64,000 bases of DNA. It comes from Microcoleus sp. (GTDB lineage Bacteria > Cyanobacteriota > Cyanobacteriia > Cyanobacteriales > Microcoleaceae). A program made the position numbers and the translations under genes. Of the stretch, positions 8,984 through 18,389 are shown piece by piece. The stretch spans positions 224,001 to 288,000 of the forward strand of contig JAYFMW010000020.1 of NCBI GenBank assembly GCA_042408215.1, given 5' to 3'. Under the pieces are notes generated by a model that did not search any database, was not told where the DNA came from, and saw nothing but the letters and a program-made list of their open reading frames with translations. Numbering within the stretch: position 1 is the first letter of the stretch; each line of letters starts with the position of its first letter.

Positions 8984-9157
8984 ATGCAAGAAACTAAAGA
9001 CACCTCACTGTTTACTGAGCTAACTGCTGAAGAATCTGCTAGCGTCAACGGTGGCCACTATTATTCGAGATACTGTCACCGTCACCGCCCTCGTCGTCAC
9101 ATTGTGTACCGCCGCAATTGTGACGGTACTTTCAGAGCAGTATATCGCTACTGGTGA
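8984..9157 (+). CDS. double-glycine leader precursor peptide 2 (cationic/aromatic core; absent from the ORF track)
   Basis: 57 aa: MQETKDTSLFTELTAEESASVNGG|HYYSRYCHRHRPRRHIVYRRNCDGTFRAVYRYW; GGAG RBS; leader paralogous to peptide 1. Confidence 0.85.
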   Translation: MQETKDTSLFTELTAEESASVNGGHYYSRYCHRHRPRRHIVYRRNCDGTFRAVYRYW

Positions 9158-9197
9158 ATTTGATTTCTGTCAAATCTGAGCGAGCGATGTAAATCAA

Positions 9198-9228
9198 TAA
9201 AGCGCCCACAATTTTATGGGTGCTTTTT
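9198..9228 (+). terminator. hairpin with T-tail after the peptide genes
   Basis: AAAGCGCCCA-caatttta-TGGGTGCTTTTT. Confidence 0.6.
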
Positions 9229-9254
9229 GCTGATTTGGTAGTGGGTGAGGGGTA

Positions 9255-11495
9255 ATGTCCTTTAGGCTCTACTCATTTTACAAAATGCTAAAAAACATCC
9301 CATTTCTACGAGAACTACCATTCTACGGAAAAATCAATAATTCTCTGAAATATCAGGTTGTTCTCCAGCAGAGCGAAGAAGATTGCGGAGCTGCTTGTCT
9401 GGCTTCGATCGCTAAATTTTATGGTCAGAATTTGACAATTAGTCGCTTGCGAGAATTTGTCGGTACGGGACAACAAGGGACGACTTTACTAGGATTGAAA
9501 CAAGGCGCTGAGGCGATCGGCTTGAATGCGCGATCGGTACGAGCAGCGTCTGCAATTTTAGACAAGCTGGATGATGCTCCTTTACCTATAATTATTCACT
9601 GGAAGGGTTATCACTGGGTAGTTTTGTATGGAAAGCAGGGCGAAAAATATGCGATCGCCGATCCCGCTGTCGGTATCCGCTATGTTTCTAAAGCAGAATT
9701 AGCCGCATCTTGGACAGATTGGCTGTGCTTGCTAGTCGAGCCCGATGCAGAGCGTTTTTTTGCTCAAGGTGATGGTCAAGCATCCGCAAGTTCCCTACAG
9801 AGATGGATGCGGCGAATTGGCATTTACCGCCAGATTTTAATCGAAGCATTCTTGCTAAATATGGTCTTGGGTTTGCTGTCAATTTCTTCGCCTTTTCTAG
9901 TGCAAATTCTTACCGATGATATTCTGGTGCGGGGCGATACGCAACTTCTGGCCAGTGTGGCGATCGCAGTTATAGTCATGAATCTTTTTAGCAGCAGTTT
10001 AGGACTGGTACAGTCGAACTTAATCGCTCAGTTTTCCCAGCGTTTAGAATTGGGATTTGTGATGGAATTCGGGCGCAAACTCCTGCGCTTACCTCTAAGT
10101 TTTTACGAAACCAGACGCAGCGGCGAAGTTATTAGTAGATTACAAGATATTCAAGAAATAAATCAATTAGTTGCTCAAGTCGCTATCAGCTTACCCAGTC
10201 AATTTTTTATAGCTGTAGTTTCTTTTTGTTTCATGCTATTTTACAGCAAACAACTAACACTTGCAGCTACATTCCTAGCTTTATTAATGACTGCTTCTAC
10301 GGTAATGTTTCTCCCCCTATTGCAGCAAAAAACGCGGAACTTACTCGTACTAGAATCGGAAACTCAAGGTGTTTTAGTAGAAACATTTAAAGGCGCGCTG
10401 ACCGTCAAAACTACTGGCAGCACCCAGCAACTTTGGGAAGAATTTCAAACCCGCTTCGGTCGCTTAGCAAATCTCACTTTTCGGACTACACAAATTGGCA
10501 TTCTTAACAATATATTTTCTGGTTTTGTTGCCTCGGCGGGGAGCATTACTCTGCTGTGGCTTGGGAGCGGTTTAGTGATTGACAAGGTATTGAGTATCGG
10601 TCAGTTATTAGCATTTATAAGTATGAATCAAAATGTCACTACTTGGGTGAATTCCTTAGTAGGATTTACTGACGAAATGACTCGCGTCCAGACAGCAACT
10701 GAACGGCTATCGGAGGTCATCGACGCTGAACCGGAAACCAAAAGCGATAGGAATAAACCTTTCGTAACAATTCAGAATCGCGACGATATTGTTTGTAAGA
10801 GCGTTAACTTTCACTATCCGGGCCGACTGGATTTGCTGGAAAACTTTTCTGTCACTTTTCCCGGTGGCCAAGCAATTGCTTTAATTGGCTATTCTGGCTG
10901 CGGAAAAAGTACGCTAGCGAAAGTAATTGCTGGTCTGTATCCGCTGCAATCTGGTAATATTAGAATTGGCGATTACAACTTACAAGATTTGTCTCTCGAT
11001 AGTCTGAGACAGCAGGTAGTTTTGGTTCCTCAAGAAGCACATTTTTGGAGCCGATCGATTCTGGAAAATTTCCGTTTGGGAAGTCCAGAAATCAGCTTTG
11101 AACAAATTGTCAAAGCGTGTAAAATTGCTGGTGCGGACGAATTTATCAGCGAATTACCTGATAAATACCAGACAGTTTTAGGGGAATTTGGAGCGAATAT
11201 TTCTGGTGGACAGAGACAAAGATTGGCGATCGCCCGCGCCATTGTCAACAACCCGCCCGTATTGATTTTAGACGAATCTACCGCAGGGCTTGACCCCGCC
11301 AGCGAAGCGGAAGTTTTAGAACAATTGTTGATGTACCGGCACGGAAAAACCACGATTTTCATCAGTCACCGGCCGAGAGTGATCGATCGCGCTGATTGGA
11401 TTATTATGTTAGAACGCGGCAGGTTGAAAGTGCAAGGATCTGCTGCAAAATTGCGATCGATCCCAGGAGATCATTTAGAGTTTTTGCATCCTTGA
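9255..11495 (+). CDS. peptidase C39-containing ABC transporter (PCAT)
   Basis: QQSEEDCGAACL (catalytic Cys), HWKGYHWVV, DPA; TM domain; Walker A GYSGCGKST, ISGGQRQR, ILDE. True start may be slightly downstream. Confidence 0.95.
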   Translation: MSFRLYSFYKMLKNIPFLRELPFYGKINNSLKYQVVLQQSEEDCGAACLASIAKFYGQNLTISRLREFVGTGQQGTTLLGLKQGAEAIGLNARSVRAASAILDKLDDAPLPIIIHWKGYHWVVLYGKQGEKYAIADPAVGIRYVSKAELAASWTDWLCLLVEPDAERFFAQGDGQASASSLQRWMRRIGIYRQILIEAFLLNMVLGLLSISSPFLVQILTDDILVRGDTQLLASVAIAVIVMNLFSSSLGLVQSNLIAQFSQRLELGFVMEFGRKLLRLPLSFYETRRSGEVISRLQDIQEINQLVAQVAISLPSQFFIAVVSFCFMLFYSKQLTLAATFLALLMTASTVMFLPLLQQKTRNLLVLESETQGVLVETFKGALTVKTTGSTQQLWEEFQTRFGRLANLTFRTTQIGILNNIFSGFVASAGSITLLWLGSGLVIDKVLSIGQLLAFISMNQNVTTWVNSLVGFTDEMTRVQTATERLSEVIDAEPETKSDRNKPFVTIQNRDDIVCKSVNFHYPGRLDLLENFSVTFPGGQAIALIGYSGCGKSTLAKVIAGLYPLQSGNIRIGDYNLQDLSLDSLRQQVVLVPQEAHFWSRSILENFRLGSPEISFEQIVKACKIAGADEFISELPDKYQTVLGEFGANISGGQRQRLAIARAIVNNPPVLILDESTAGLDPASEAEVLEQLLMYRHGKTTIFISHRPRVIDRADWIIMLERGRLKVQGSAAKLRSIPGDHLEFLHP

Positions 11496-11630
11496 ACTCG
11501 TTAATAAAACGACAGGTTGAAATCTGTCGCTACACAAACAAAACCCGCCGGCGCGGGTTGATTTAATACTCTTATAGTCCGCGCAGGCGGACTTGGTTTG
11601 TGTAGACGCGAATTCGCTTCGCCCGGTATC

Positions 11631-11733
11631 TATAGCAATCCTAAATCATTTGTAAATTTCTTACTCCCTCCCCTTAGTAAGGGGAGGGTTGGGGTGGGGT
11701 AAAAATATTTACGACTCCTGCAAGGATTGCTAT
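11631..11733. mobile_element. MITE-like element with TATAGCAATCCT termini enclosing a CCCTT-N4-AAGGG palindrome
   Basis: TATAGCAATCCT...AGGATTGCTATA inverted ends; internal CTCCCTTAGTAAGGGGAG. Confidence 0.65.
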
Positions 11734-11775
11734 ATTTAAATATCGATATTCAGGCAAATTCTCTTCGCCGGAAAT

Positions 11776-13446
11776 CTAATAACTCGACATAGTTAAAACG
11801 ATCGCCTCCCGATCTCCCAACACCAAACCATACTCCAAACCCTCAACAACCGCCTGATAAGAAGCATCCAAAATATTACCAGAAACCCCAACCGTCGTCC
11901 AACGATCTTGACCATTACTAAACTCAACCAACACGCGAGTTTTAGCAGAAGTACCCGCACATCCGTCCAGAATTCGCACCTTATAATCTGTTAAGTTAAA
12001 ATCAGTAATTTGCGGATAAAAATTCCGCAAAGCCTTCCGCAAAGCCGCATCAAGAGCCGAAACAGGCCCATTTCCTTCCGCACATTCCAGAATATTTTGA
12101 CCGTTAACAGTCACCTTCACCGTAGCCAAAGAATTAACAGTTTCTTCCCGGCCTTTATCGCAGTGAACCTGAAAACCTTTAATCTCAAATAAACGTCGCC
12201 GCTTTCCCAAAGCCTCTCGCATTAACAATTCAAAAGACGCCTCAGCACCTTCAAATTGATATCCTTGACTTTCCAAAACTTTCAATTTTTCCAGAATTTG
12301 GCGGCAAGCAGGATGTTGGCGATCGAGCTCAATTCCAAAAGTCCGAGCCTTGGCCAAAACATTACTCAAACCCGCTTGATCCGAAATCACAATTCTGCGT
12401 CTGTTCCCGATTTTTTCCGGTTCCAAGTGTTCGTAAGTTAGCGGATTTTTCTCAACAGCCGATACGTGAATCCCGCCCTTGTGAGCAAAGGCCGAAAGAC
12501 CGACAAAAGGGGCGTGGTCATCGGGAGCAACATTGACAATTTCGCTGATCGAGCGGCTGACCTGAGTTAATTTCACCAATTGCTCATCTTGAATACAATC
12601 ATAACCCAACTTGAGCTGAAAATTAGGAATCAACGAACACAAATTAGCATTGCCGCAGCGTTCGCCATAACCGTTAATAGTTCCCTGCACCATCTTCACC
12701 CCTTCCTGGACAGCAGCCAAAGCATTAGCAACCGCAACTCCCGAATCATTATGAGTGTGAATTCCCAGTTGAATTTGAGAATTTCTCCCCCCCTTAATAA
12801 GGGGGGGTTGGGGGGGGTGAATTTCCGATTCAGAAATATCCCAAGTTTCCATTGTTCCTGCGACATCGCGAACAACCTGACTAACTTCGTGAGGTAAAGT
12901 GCCGCCATTCGTATCACAAAGCACCAGCCATTCTGCACCAGCATCCGCCGCAACTTTCAAAGTTTTAATAGCATAATCTCGATTGTGTTTGTAGCCATCA
13001 AACCAGTGCTCAGCATCATAAATAACGCGCCTTCCCTGACTCCGTAAATATTCAATTGTATCTCGAATCATCGCCAGATTTTCCTGCTTTGTCGTCTTCA
13101 AACCTTCAATAACGTGAAAATCCCACGACTTCCCAAACACCGTTACCCAGCGAGTACCCGCCGACAAAATAGCCTGCAACATTTCATCATTAGCCGCCGT
13201 TGTTCCGGGCCGCCTCGTGGAACAAAAAGCCACAACTTCTGCTTGAGTTAGGGGCTGTTCTTTGAGTCGCCAGAAAAATTGTACGTCTTTAGGATTAGCC
13301 CCTGGCCAGCCGCCTTCGATAAAGGGAATTCCTAAACTGTCTAACTGACGAGCAATTCGCAGTTTGTCTTCGAGGGATAGGGAGAGTCCCTCGCACTGAG
13401 CGCCGTCTCGCAGCGTGGTATCGTAGATCCAGAGCTGATTTGTCAT
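11776..13446 (-). CDS. cimA: citramalate synthase (LeuA/CimA family)
   Basis: YDTTLRDGAQ, IEGGWPGANPKD, HTHND, GYGERCGNANL, AFAHKGGIH, C-terminal regulatory domain. Confidence 0.92.
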   Translation of the reverse strand: MTNQLWIYDTTLRDGAQCEGLSLSLEDKLRIARQLDSLGIPFIEGGWPGANPKDVQFFWRLKEQPLTQAEVVAFCSTRRPGTTAANDEMLQAILSAGTRWVTVFGKSWDFHVIEGLKTTKQENLAMIRDTIEYLRSQGRRVIYDAEHWFDGYKHNRDYAIKTLKVAADAGAEWLVLCDTNGGTLPHEVSQVVRDVAGTMETWDISESEIHPPQPPLIKGGRNSQIQLGIHTHNDSGVAVANALAAVQEGVKMVQGTINGYGERCGNANLCSLIPNFQLKLGYDCIQDEQLVKLTQVSRSISEIVNVAPDDHAPFVGLSAFAHKGGIHVSAVEKNPLTYEHLEPEKIGNRRRIVISDQAGLSNVLAKARTFGIELDRQHPACRQILEKLKVLESQGYQFEGAEASFELLMREALGKRRRLFEIKGFQVHCDKGREETVNSLATVKVTVNGQNILECAEGNGPVSALDAALRKALRNFYPQITDFNLTDYKVRILDGCAGTSAKTRVLVEFSNGQDRWTTVGVSGNILDASYQAVVEGLEYGLVLGDREAIVLTMSSY

Positions 13447-13561
13447 GGGGAATTAGAAATTGAAATTTGGTAATATGACTTATTATATTAGATGAATTTA
13501 TTTGAAATAAATGCGATAATATATAGGAAAGTTAACATAGATCTAATTGGGGTGAATTGCT

Positions 13562-13900
13562 GTGGTTCAAGTACAAGCACAAGGAAAAACATTTGAGTGC
13601 GATCGCGGAGCCAATCTCCGTGAAGTTTTGCTCAAAAACGGTATCGATCTCTACAATGGCAACGCTAAAGTCATCAACTGCCACGGCTTGGGCACTTGTG
13701 GCACCTGTGCCGTCACCGTCGAGGGTGAAGTTTCCGAACCCCAGTGGCGCGAAAAAGCCCGACTTTCGCTCCCTCCCCATTCTCCCACATCCAACCGCCG
13801 TTTGTCCTGCCAAACTCAAGTTTTAGGCGATATTAAGGTAACAAAATATGACGGTTTCTGGGGCCAAGGCTCTGAAACTGCCTGGAAACCCCAAGCATAG
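13562..13900 (+). CDS. 2Fe-2S ferredoxin-like protein
   Basis: NCHGLGTCGTC ... RLSCQ motif. Confidence 0.9.
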   Translation: MVQVQAQGKTFECDRGANLREVLLKNGIDLYNGNAKVINCHGLGTCGTCAVTVEGEVSEPQWREKARLSLPPHSPTSNRRLSCQTQVLGDIKVTKYDGFWGQGSETAWKPQA

Positions 13901-13988
13901 ATTTTTTGTCGCTCGAATAACTGTAGGGTGCGCACCGCGCACCTTACCATTATAGATAACGGAGTTAAGGATTTCTGGCAACAAGTCA

Positions 13989-15098
13989 ATGAATTCATCT
14001 ACAGATATTCTGATTATTGGTGGCGGAATCATCGGTTTTTCCCTAGCAGTTGAACTCAAATTGCGAGGGGCATCTGTCACCATCCTCACGGGCGAATTTC
14101 AACAACCTGCGGCCAATGCCGCTGCGGGAATGCTGGCTCCCCAAGCCGAAAGAATTCCCCCCAGTCCGATGCTGGATTTGTGCTTACAAAGTCGCGCCTT
14201 ATATCCTGCATGGGTTGAACAGCTAGAAGATATTACTGGCTTGAAAACGGGATATTGGCGATCGGGAATTCTCGCACCTGTTTGCGAAGATCGGGATTAC
14301 GAACAGCCTGAATCTTCAAGCCTTAATTCTCAATGGTTGGACGGAGATGCTATTCGCCAGCACCAGCTTGGATTGGGTGAAAAAATAATTGGCGGTTGGT
14401 GGTATCCAGAGGATGGCCAAGTTGATAACTGCGCTTTGTTTCGGACGCTTCAGACTGCAAGTAAAAAATTGGGTATTGAAGTTATTCCAGACAATGCTGT
14501 CGAAATTATTCGGCAGGGAAACCGAGTTTTGGGTGTTGAAACAACGGCAGGAAAGTTGCAAGCTGACCGTTATGTTTTGGCAACTGGTGCTTGGTCTAAG
14601 CAGTTATTAGATATTCCGGTGTTTCCAATAAAGGGGCAAATGCTGTCGGTATGTGTGCCGGAAGATTGTGCAGTCAGTCAACCACTGCAAATGGTTTTAT
14701 TTGGAACTGGGATTTATATTGTGCCCCGTCAAGATGGTAGGATTATTATTGGCGCGACTAGCGAAAATGTCGGATTTACTGCGGGAAATACGCCAGCGGG
14801 AATGCAAAGTTTGCTAGCAGGAGCGATGAAGTTATATCCTGAATTGCAGAATTATCCTATTCTGGAGTTTTGGTGGGGATTTAGACCTGCTACTCCTGAT
14901 GAGTTGCCGATTTTGGGTGCTAGTGCTTGGGAGAATTTGATGCTGGGAACGGGGCATTATCGGAATGGGATTTTATTGGCTCCTGTGACGGCTAAGTTGT
15001 TGGCTGATTTGATTTTGGAGCGCAAGTTAGATCCGTTGTTGGCAGCTTTTGATTATTCGAGGTTTGCTGAATCTTTGGGGGTTGAGAATGGTGAATAG
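13989..15098 (+). CDS. thiO: glycine oxidase
   Basis: GGGIIG FAD motif, AAAGMLAPQAE, GFRPATPD, GHYRNGILLAP; thiG lies 3.3 kb downstream. Confidence 0.92.
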   Translation: MNSSTDILIIGGGIIGFSLAVELKLRGASVTILTGEFQQPAANAAAGMLAPQAERIPPSPMLDLCLQSRALYPAWVEQLEDITGLKTGYWRSGILAPVCEDRDYEQPESSSLNSQWLDGDAIRQHQLGLGEKIIGGWWYPEDGQVDNCALFRTLQTASKKLGIEVIPDNAVEIIRQGNRVLGVETTAGKLQADRYVLATGAWSKQLLDIPVFPIKGQMLSVCVPEDCAVSQPLQMVLFGTGIYIVPRQDGRIIIGATSENVGFTAGNTPAGMQSLLAGAMKLYPELQNYPILEFWWGFRPATPDELPILGASAWENLMLGTGHYRNGILLAPVTAKLLADLILERKLDPLLAAFDYSRFAESLGVENGE

Positions 15099-15240
15099 TG
15101 GGATTTTTTACTGTTTTTAAGAAGAGCTAGAGCCTCTGGAACTGCGTTACCAGGCAGAGCCTGGTAACGAGATAAACGAGAATCAACCAAAAGGATATTT
15201 TTTGCTATAATCTGATCGGCACAATAGGGTTTTGTAGGTT

Positions 15241-15447
15241 ATGACTTTTAGTGATGTGGTTGAGACGATCAAGAATCTTTCTACTGACGAAAAGCAAGAG
15301 CTTCAATTGTTGTTGAAGCAATATCTCCGCGAAGAACGTCGTGAAGAGATGTATCAAAACTTCAAGTCAGCGCAGGTTGAACAACAAAAAGGTGAACTTA
15401 AATTTTCCGCTAATATTAATGAACTCAAACTAATGATAGAGGAATAG
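15241..15447 (+). CDS. putative antitoxin
   Basis: 68 aa, 2 bp upstream of a RelE/YafQ-like toxin. Confidence 0.7.
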   Translation: MTFSDVVETIKNLSTDEKQELQLLLKQYLREERREEMYQNFKSAQVEQQKGELKFSANINELKLMIEE

Positions 15448-15449
15448 TC

Positions 15450-15716
15450 GTGGAAGTCAGTTTCAGTTCTTCATTCAAGCGTGCTTTCAAAAGGCGGATC
15501 AAAGGCGATGCTGATTTGGAGGATCGGTTTTGGCAAAAGCTGGAGCAGTTCACTATAGAGCCGTTTGAACCGGGATTAAAAACTCATAAATTGTCAGGTA
15601 AGCTCAAGGAATTTTGGAGTTTTAGCGTAGATTATGACGAAAGAGTAATGTTCTACTTTACAGAAGACGGAAAAGCCGTGTTTGTAGATTTTGGAAGTCA
15701 TGACGAAGTATATTAA
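15450..15716 (+). CDS. RelE/YafQ-family toxin
   Basis: FSSSFKRAFK, LKTHKLSGKL, WSFSVDYDERV, GSHDEVY C-terminus. Confidence 0.88.
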   Translation: MEVSFSSSFKRAFKRRIKGDADLEDRFWQKLEQFTIEPFEPGLKTHKLSGKLKEFWSFSVDYDERVMFYFTEDGKAVFVDFGSHDEVY

Positions 15717-15862
15717 TCGGCATCAATTGTGGCAGTAAAAAGAAGAGGCAGAGCCTGGTAACGAGATACAACGAGATTTTTTCTTTGAATATGAGCTAGC
15801 TCATAGAAAGATTTGAGAAGATTTGGCAAACTGAGGGTAAGGTTAAATAGGAGGTCAAAATT

Positions 15863-16660
15863 ATGACCAATTCTACTCTCAATTTTAAGACTGCATCGGG
15901 ACATGAAGTGCTGGCGGCTGCTGGGAAAAAGATGCTGCGCCCTGGGGGAAAAGCTGCTACAGAAATGTTGTTTGAATGGGCGGATTTTCAGCCTGGGGAG
16001 ACTGTTTTGGAGTTGGCTGCTAGTTTTGGATATAGTTCGATCGCCCTAGCTGAACGTTTTGGCGTAAAAGTGGTGGGAGTTGAGAAAAATCCCGACAGTG
16101 TGGCTCGCGCTCGTGCTAATATTGCAGCAGCCGGTTTGACGGCTCAAGTGGAAATTGTAGAAGGAGATATTTTTCACTTAGAACGTATTTCTGAACAGTT
16201 TGATTATGTTTTGGCTGAAGCTATCATGACAATGCAGTCGCCGTCGGGGAAGGCTAAAATTATATCGGGAATTGGCGATCGACTAAAACCAGGTGGCAAG
16301 TTTCTCTCTCACGAAATGTTAGCTAGAAATCAAGAAGCAGAAATTAACCAAGCTTTATCTGAAGTGATTCGCGTCAATTCAATGCCTTTGTCTGAGTCTA
16401 ACTGGATTGCTGTTTGCGAAAACGCGGGTTTGCTAGTAGAAAAACATCTCACTGGAGCGATGGGACTTCTCAACGTTGGGCGGATGATTCAAGATGAAGG
16501 TTTTTTGGATACAGTGCGGATTTTCTGGAATATTTTAACTAAATCGCAAATTCGCGATCGCATTTTAGCAGTGCGTCGAGTTTTCCAAAAGTACGATCGC
16601 GATTTAGGCTACATCATCCTTTGTGCAACCAAACAATCTTCAGGGAGTCAAAAATTATGA
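15863..16660 (+). CDS. class I SAM-dependent methyltransferase
   Basis: LRPGG..AT, VLELAASFG, VGVE, FDYVLAEA, LKPGG. Confidence 0.85.
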   Translation: MTNSTLNFKTASGHEVLAAAGKKMLRPGGKAATEMLFEWADFQPGETVLELAASFGYSSIALAERFGVKVVGVEKNPDSVARARANIAAAGLTAQVEIVEGDIFHLERISEQFDYVLAEAIMTMQSPSGKAKIISGIGDRLKPGGKFLSHEMLARNQEAEINQALSEVIRVNSMPLSESNWIAVCENAGLLVEKHLTGAMGLLNVGRMIQDEGFLDTVRIFWNILTKSQIRDRILAVRRVFQKYDRDLGYIILCATKQSSGSQKL

Positions 16661-16992
16661 CGGCTACTCTTTTACCGCTACAATCTTCAGCAATCCAACT
16701 CCGAGAAGCGATAGAATATCCCGCCGCCGGAGTGCTGAGCAAAATTTTAGTCAAAGACAATAATTGCCAGTATAGCCTATTTTGTCTGGCCGCAGGAACG
16801 GAGATTTCCGAACACACTTCTGCGCGCAATGCCACAGTTAATGTACTCGAAGGAAAGGGAATTTTGACTTTGGAAGGTAAAGATATTGTTTTGGAAACGG
16901 GGGTGTTTGTCTTCATGCCCGCCCGCGCTCTCCACGCCTTGAAAGCCGAGGAAAATTTGGCTTTTATCTTGACACTTTCCGAAGTCAATTAA
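16657..16992 (+). CDS. cupin domain protein
   Basis: ATG overlaps the upstream stop; AGTEISEHT...VLEGKG...MPARALHAL cupin motifs. Confidence 0.85.
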   Translation: MTATLLPLQSSAIQLREAIEYPAAGVLSKILVKDNNCQYSLFCLAAGTEISEHTSARNATVNVLEGKGILTLEGKDIVLETGVFVFMPARALHALKAEENLAFILTLSEVN

Positions 16993-17123
16993 TCATACCC
17001 CCTTTATTCTTTAATCCGCTTGGAGTGGAATTCGTTTATGTAGGGGCAATCCCCCCGTGGTTGCCCCCGATTTCAATCGCCGAGTAACAAAAGGAGTAAC
17101 AACCCCGGATTTGATTTTTACAT

Positions 17124-17825
17124 TTAATCTATTTCTTCTCCAGAGGCGATCGCCTCCAATTTTTCCCAATCCAATATAGTAATTTTCCCCCCTCGACTGT
17201 AAGATACAACTAACTTTAGTTTCTTAAACAACCGCACGCATTCTTCGTAGGTAATTCCAATACTGCGAGCAATTTGATAATAGGGAAAACGTTTTTCTAA
17301 ACATATACTATTCTCAGTAATCTTTGTATTTTGCTCGACGGCAAAGTAATCCAGAAATCGGGCCAGCCGCACGATCGCCCTTTCCGACACCAACCCGTGC
17401 ACCGTTTCGTGCAGTTGCTGCAACCGCTGATTAAAAACCGTCAATATTCGCAAAGCAATTTCGGGATTTTGCCCAATAGCTGCTAGCAAAAATTCCCGAT
17501 TTATGGTAAGAACTTGCACATCACTTTCTGCTGTCACCGTTGCCGGAGCTATGGCATTACCAAGCAAAGCAGGTGCGGCAAAGATATCTCCTTGACATAA
17601 GGTGCGGAGAATTGTTTCTTTTCCCGCCGCCGCTGTTTTTGCAACCCGCAAAGAACCGCTCAAAAGAGTGTATAATTTTTCCGGGATGCGATCGCCCTCA
17701 TACATCACAACTTCTCCCTGTCGATAAGTGCGAATTTCTGTGTGGCTTTGCAATCGCTCTAATTCAGTTCGGTTTAAGGTAGCAAATATCCAAATTTCAG
17801 CAAGTTGCTCAACGGTTGCTTTCAT
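17124..17825 (-). CDS. Crp/Fnr-family transcriptional regulator
   Basis: Likely start MKATVEQL at 17825; cNMP-binding-like domain, RLARFL, HTH YQIARSIGITYEECVRLFKKL. Confidence 0.88.
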   Translation of the reverse strand: MKATVEQLAEIWIFATLNRTELERLQSHTEIRTYRQGEVVMYEGDRIPEKLYTLLSGSLRVAKTAAAGKETILRTLCQGDIFAAPALLGNAIAPATVTAESDVQVLTINREFLLAAIGQNPEIALRILTVFNQRLQQLHETVHGLVSERAIVRLARFLDYFAVEQNTKITENSICLEKRFPYYQIARSIGITYEECVRLFKKLKLVVSYSRGGKITILDWEKLEAIASGEEID

Positions 17826-17870
17826 ACAATTAACAGTACCTGATCCGAGTCTATTGAGAGTATAATAACG

Positions 17871-18389
17871 GTGAATCCAGAATATATTGAAGAAAGTAGA
17901 CAAATCTACAAAAATGCAGAACCAGAATATCGGCGATATTATTTTGATGAGGTAGCTGGCGGATTTGTACTCATCCACCAACAACACAATCTTAATAATT
18001 CGGAAAGTTTGGTCGCTGAAGTTTTGGCTAAAATGGGAAAAAGAGTTAAAATGTTGAGCGAGCAAGCAGCAGAGGGTGTGAGAACACCAGACGCTGAGAT
18101 AGACGGTGAAATTTGCGAATTTAAGGAGTTAACAGAACAGACTCAAAATATCAGAGACAGAGTGCAAGAAGGTATCATTAGAGCCAAAAATCAAGGTGCA
18201 GCAACCGTTATTCTTCACATCAACCGAGAAAATTACGAGGTTTGGAAGATCAATGCTGGCATCAAACAAGCTCTATTTTGGGATACCGAAAAGCAAATTC
18301 AAAAATTAATTGTGGTGCCCAACAGCGAACTGATTCAAATAATCACAAGGGAAGAGTGGAAAAATGGAAGATATTTTCAGCGAATTTAA
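17871..18389 (+). CDS. stand-alone CdiA-CT-like PD-(D/E)xK nuclease
   Basis: [15 protein letters not shown] core followed by I..AKNQGA..VIL, as in CdiA C-terminal tRNase-type domains. Confidence 0.65.
   Translation: MNPEYIEESRQIYKNAEPEYRRYYFDEVAGGFVLIHQQHNLNNSESLVAEVLAKMGKRVKMLSEQAAEGVRTPDAEIDGEICEFKELTEQTQNIRDRVQEGIIRAKNQGAATVILHINRENYEVWKINAGIKQALFWDTEKQIQKLIVVPNSELIQIITREEWKNGRYFQRI

Noticed and set aside
17826..18065. N-terminal extension of the 313-aa Crp ORF
   Set aside because: Antisense to the nuclease gene; the Crp fold starts at MKATVE (17825).
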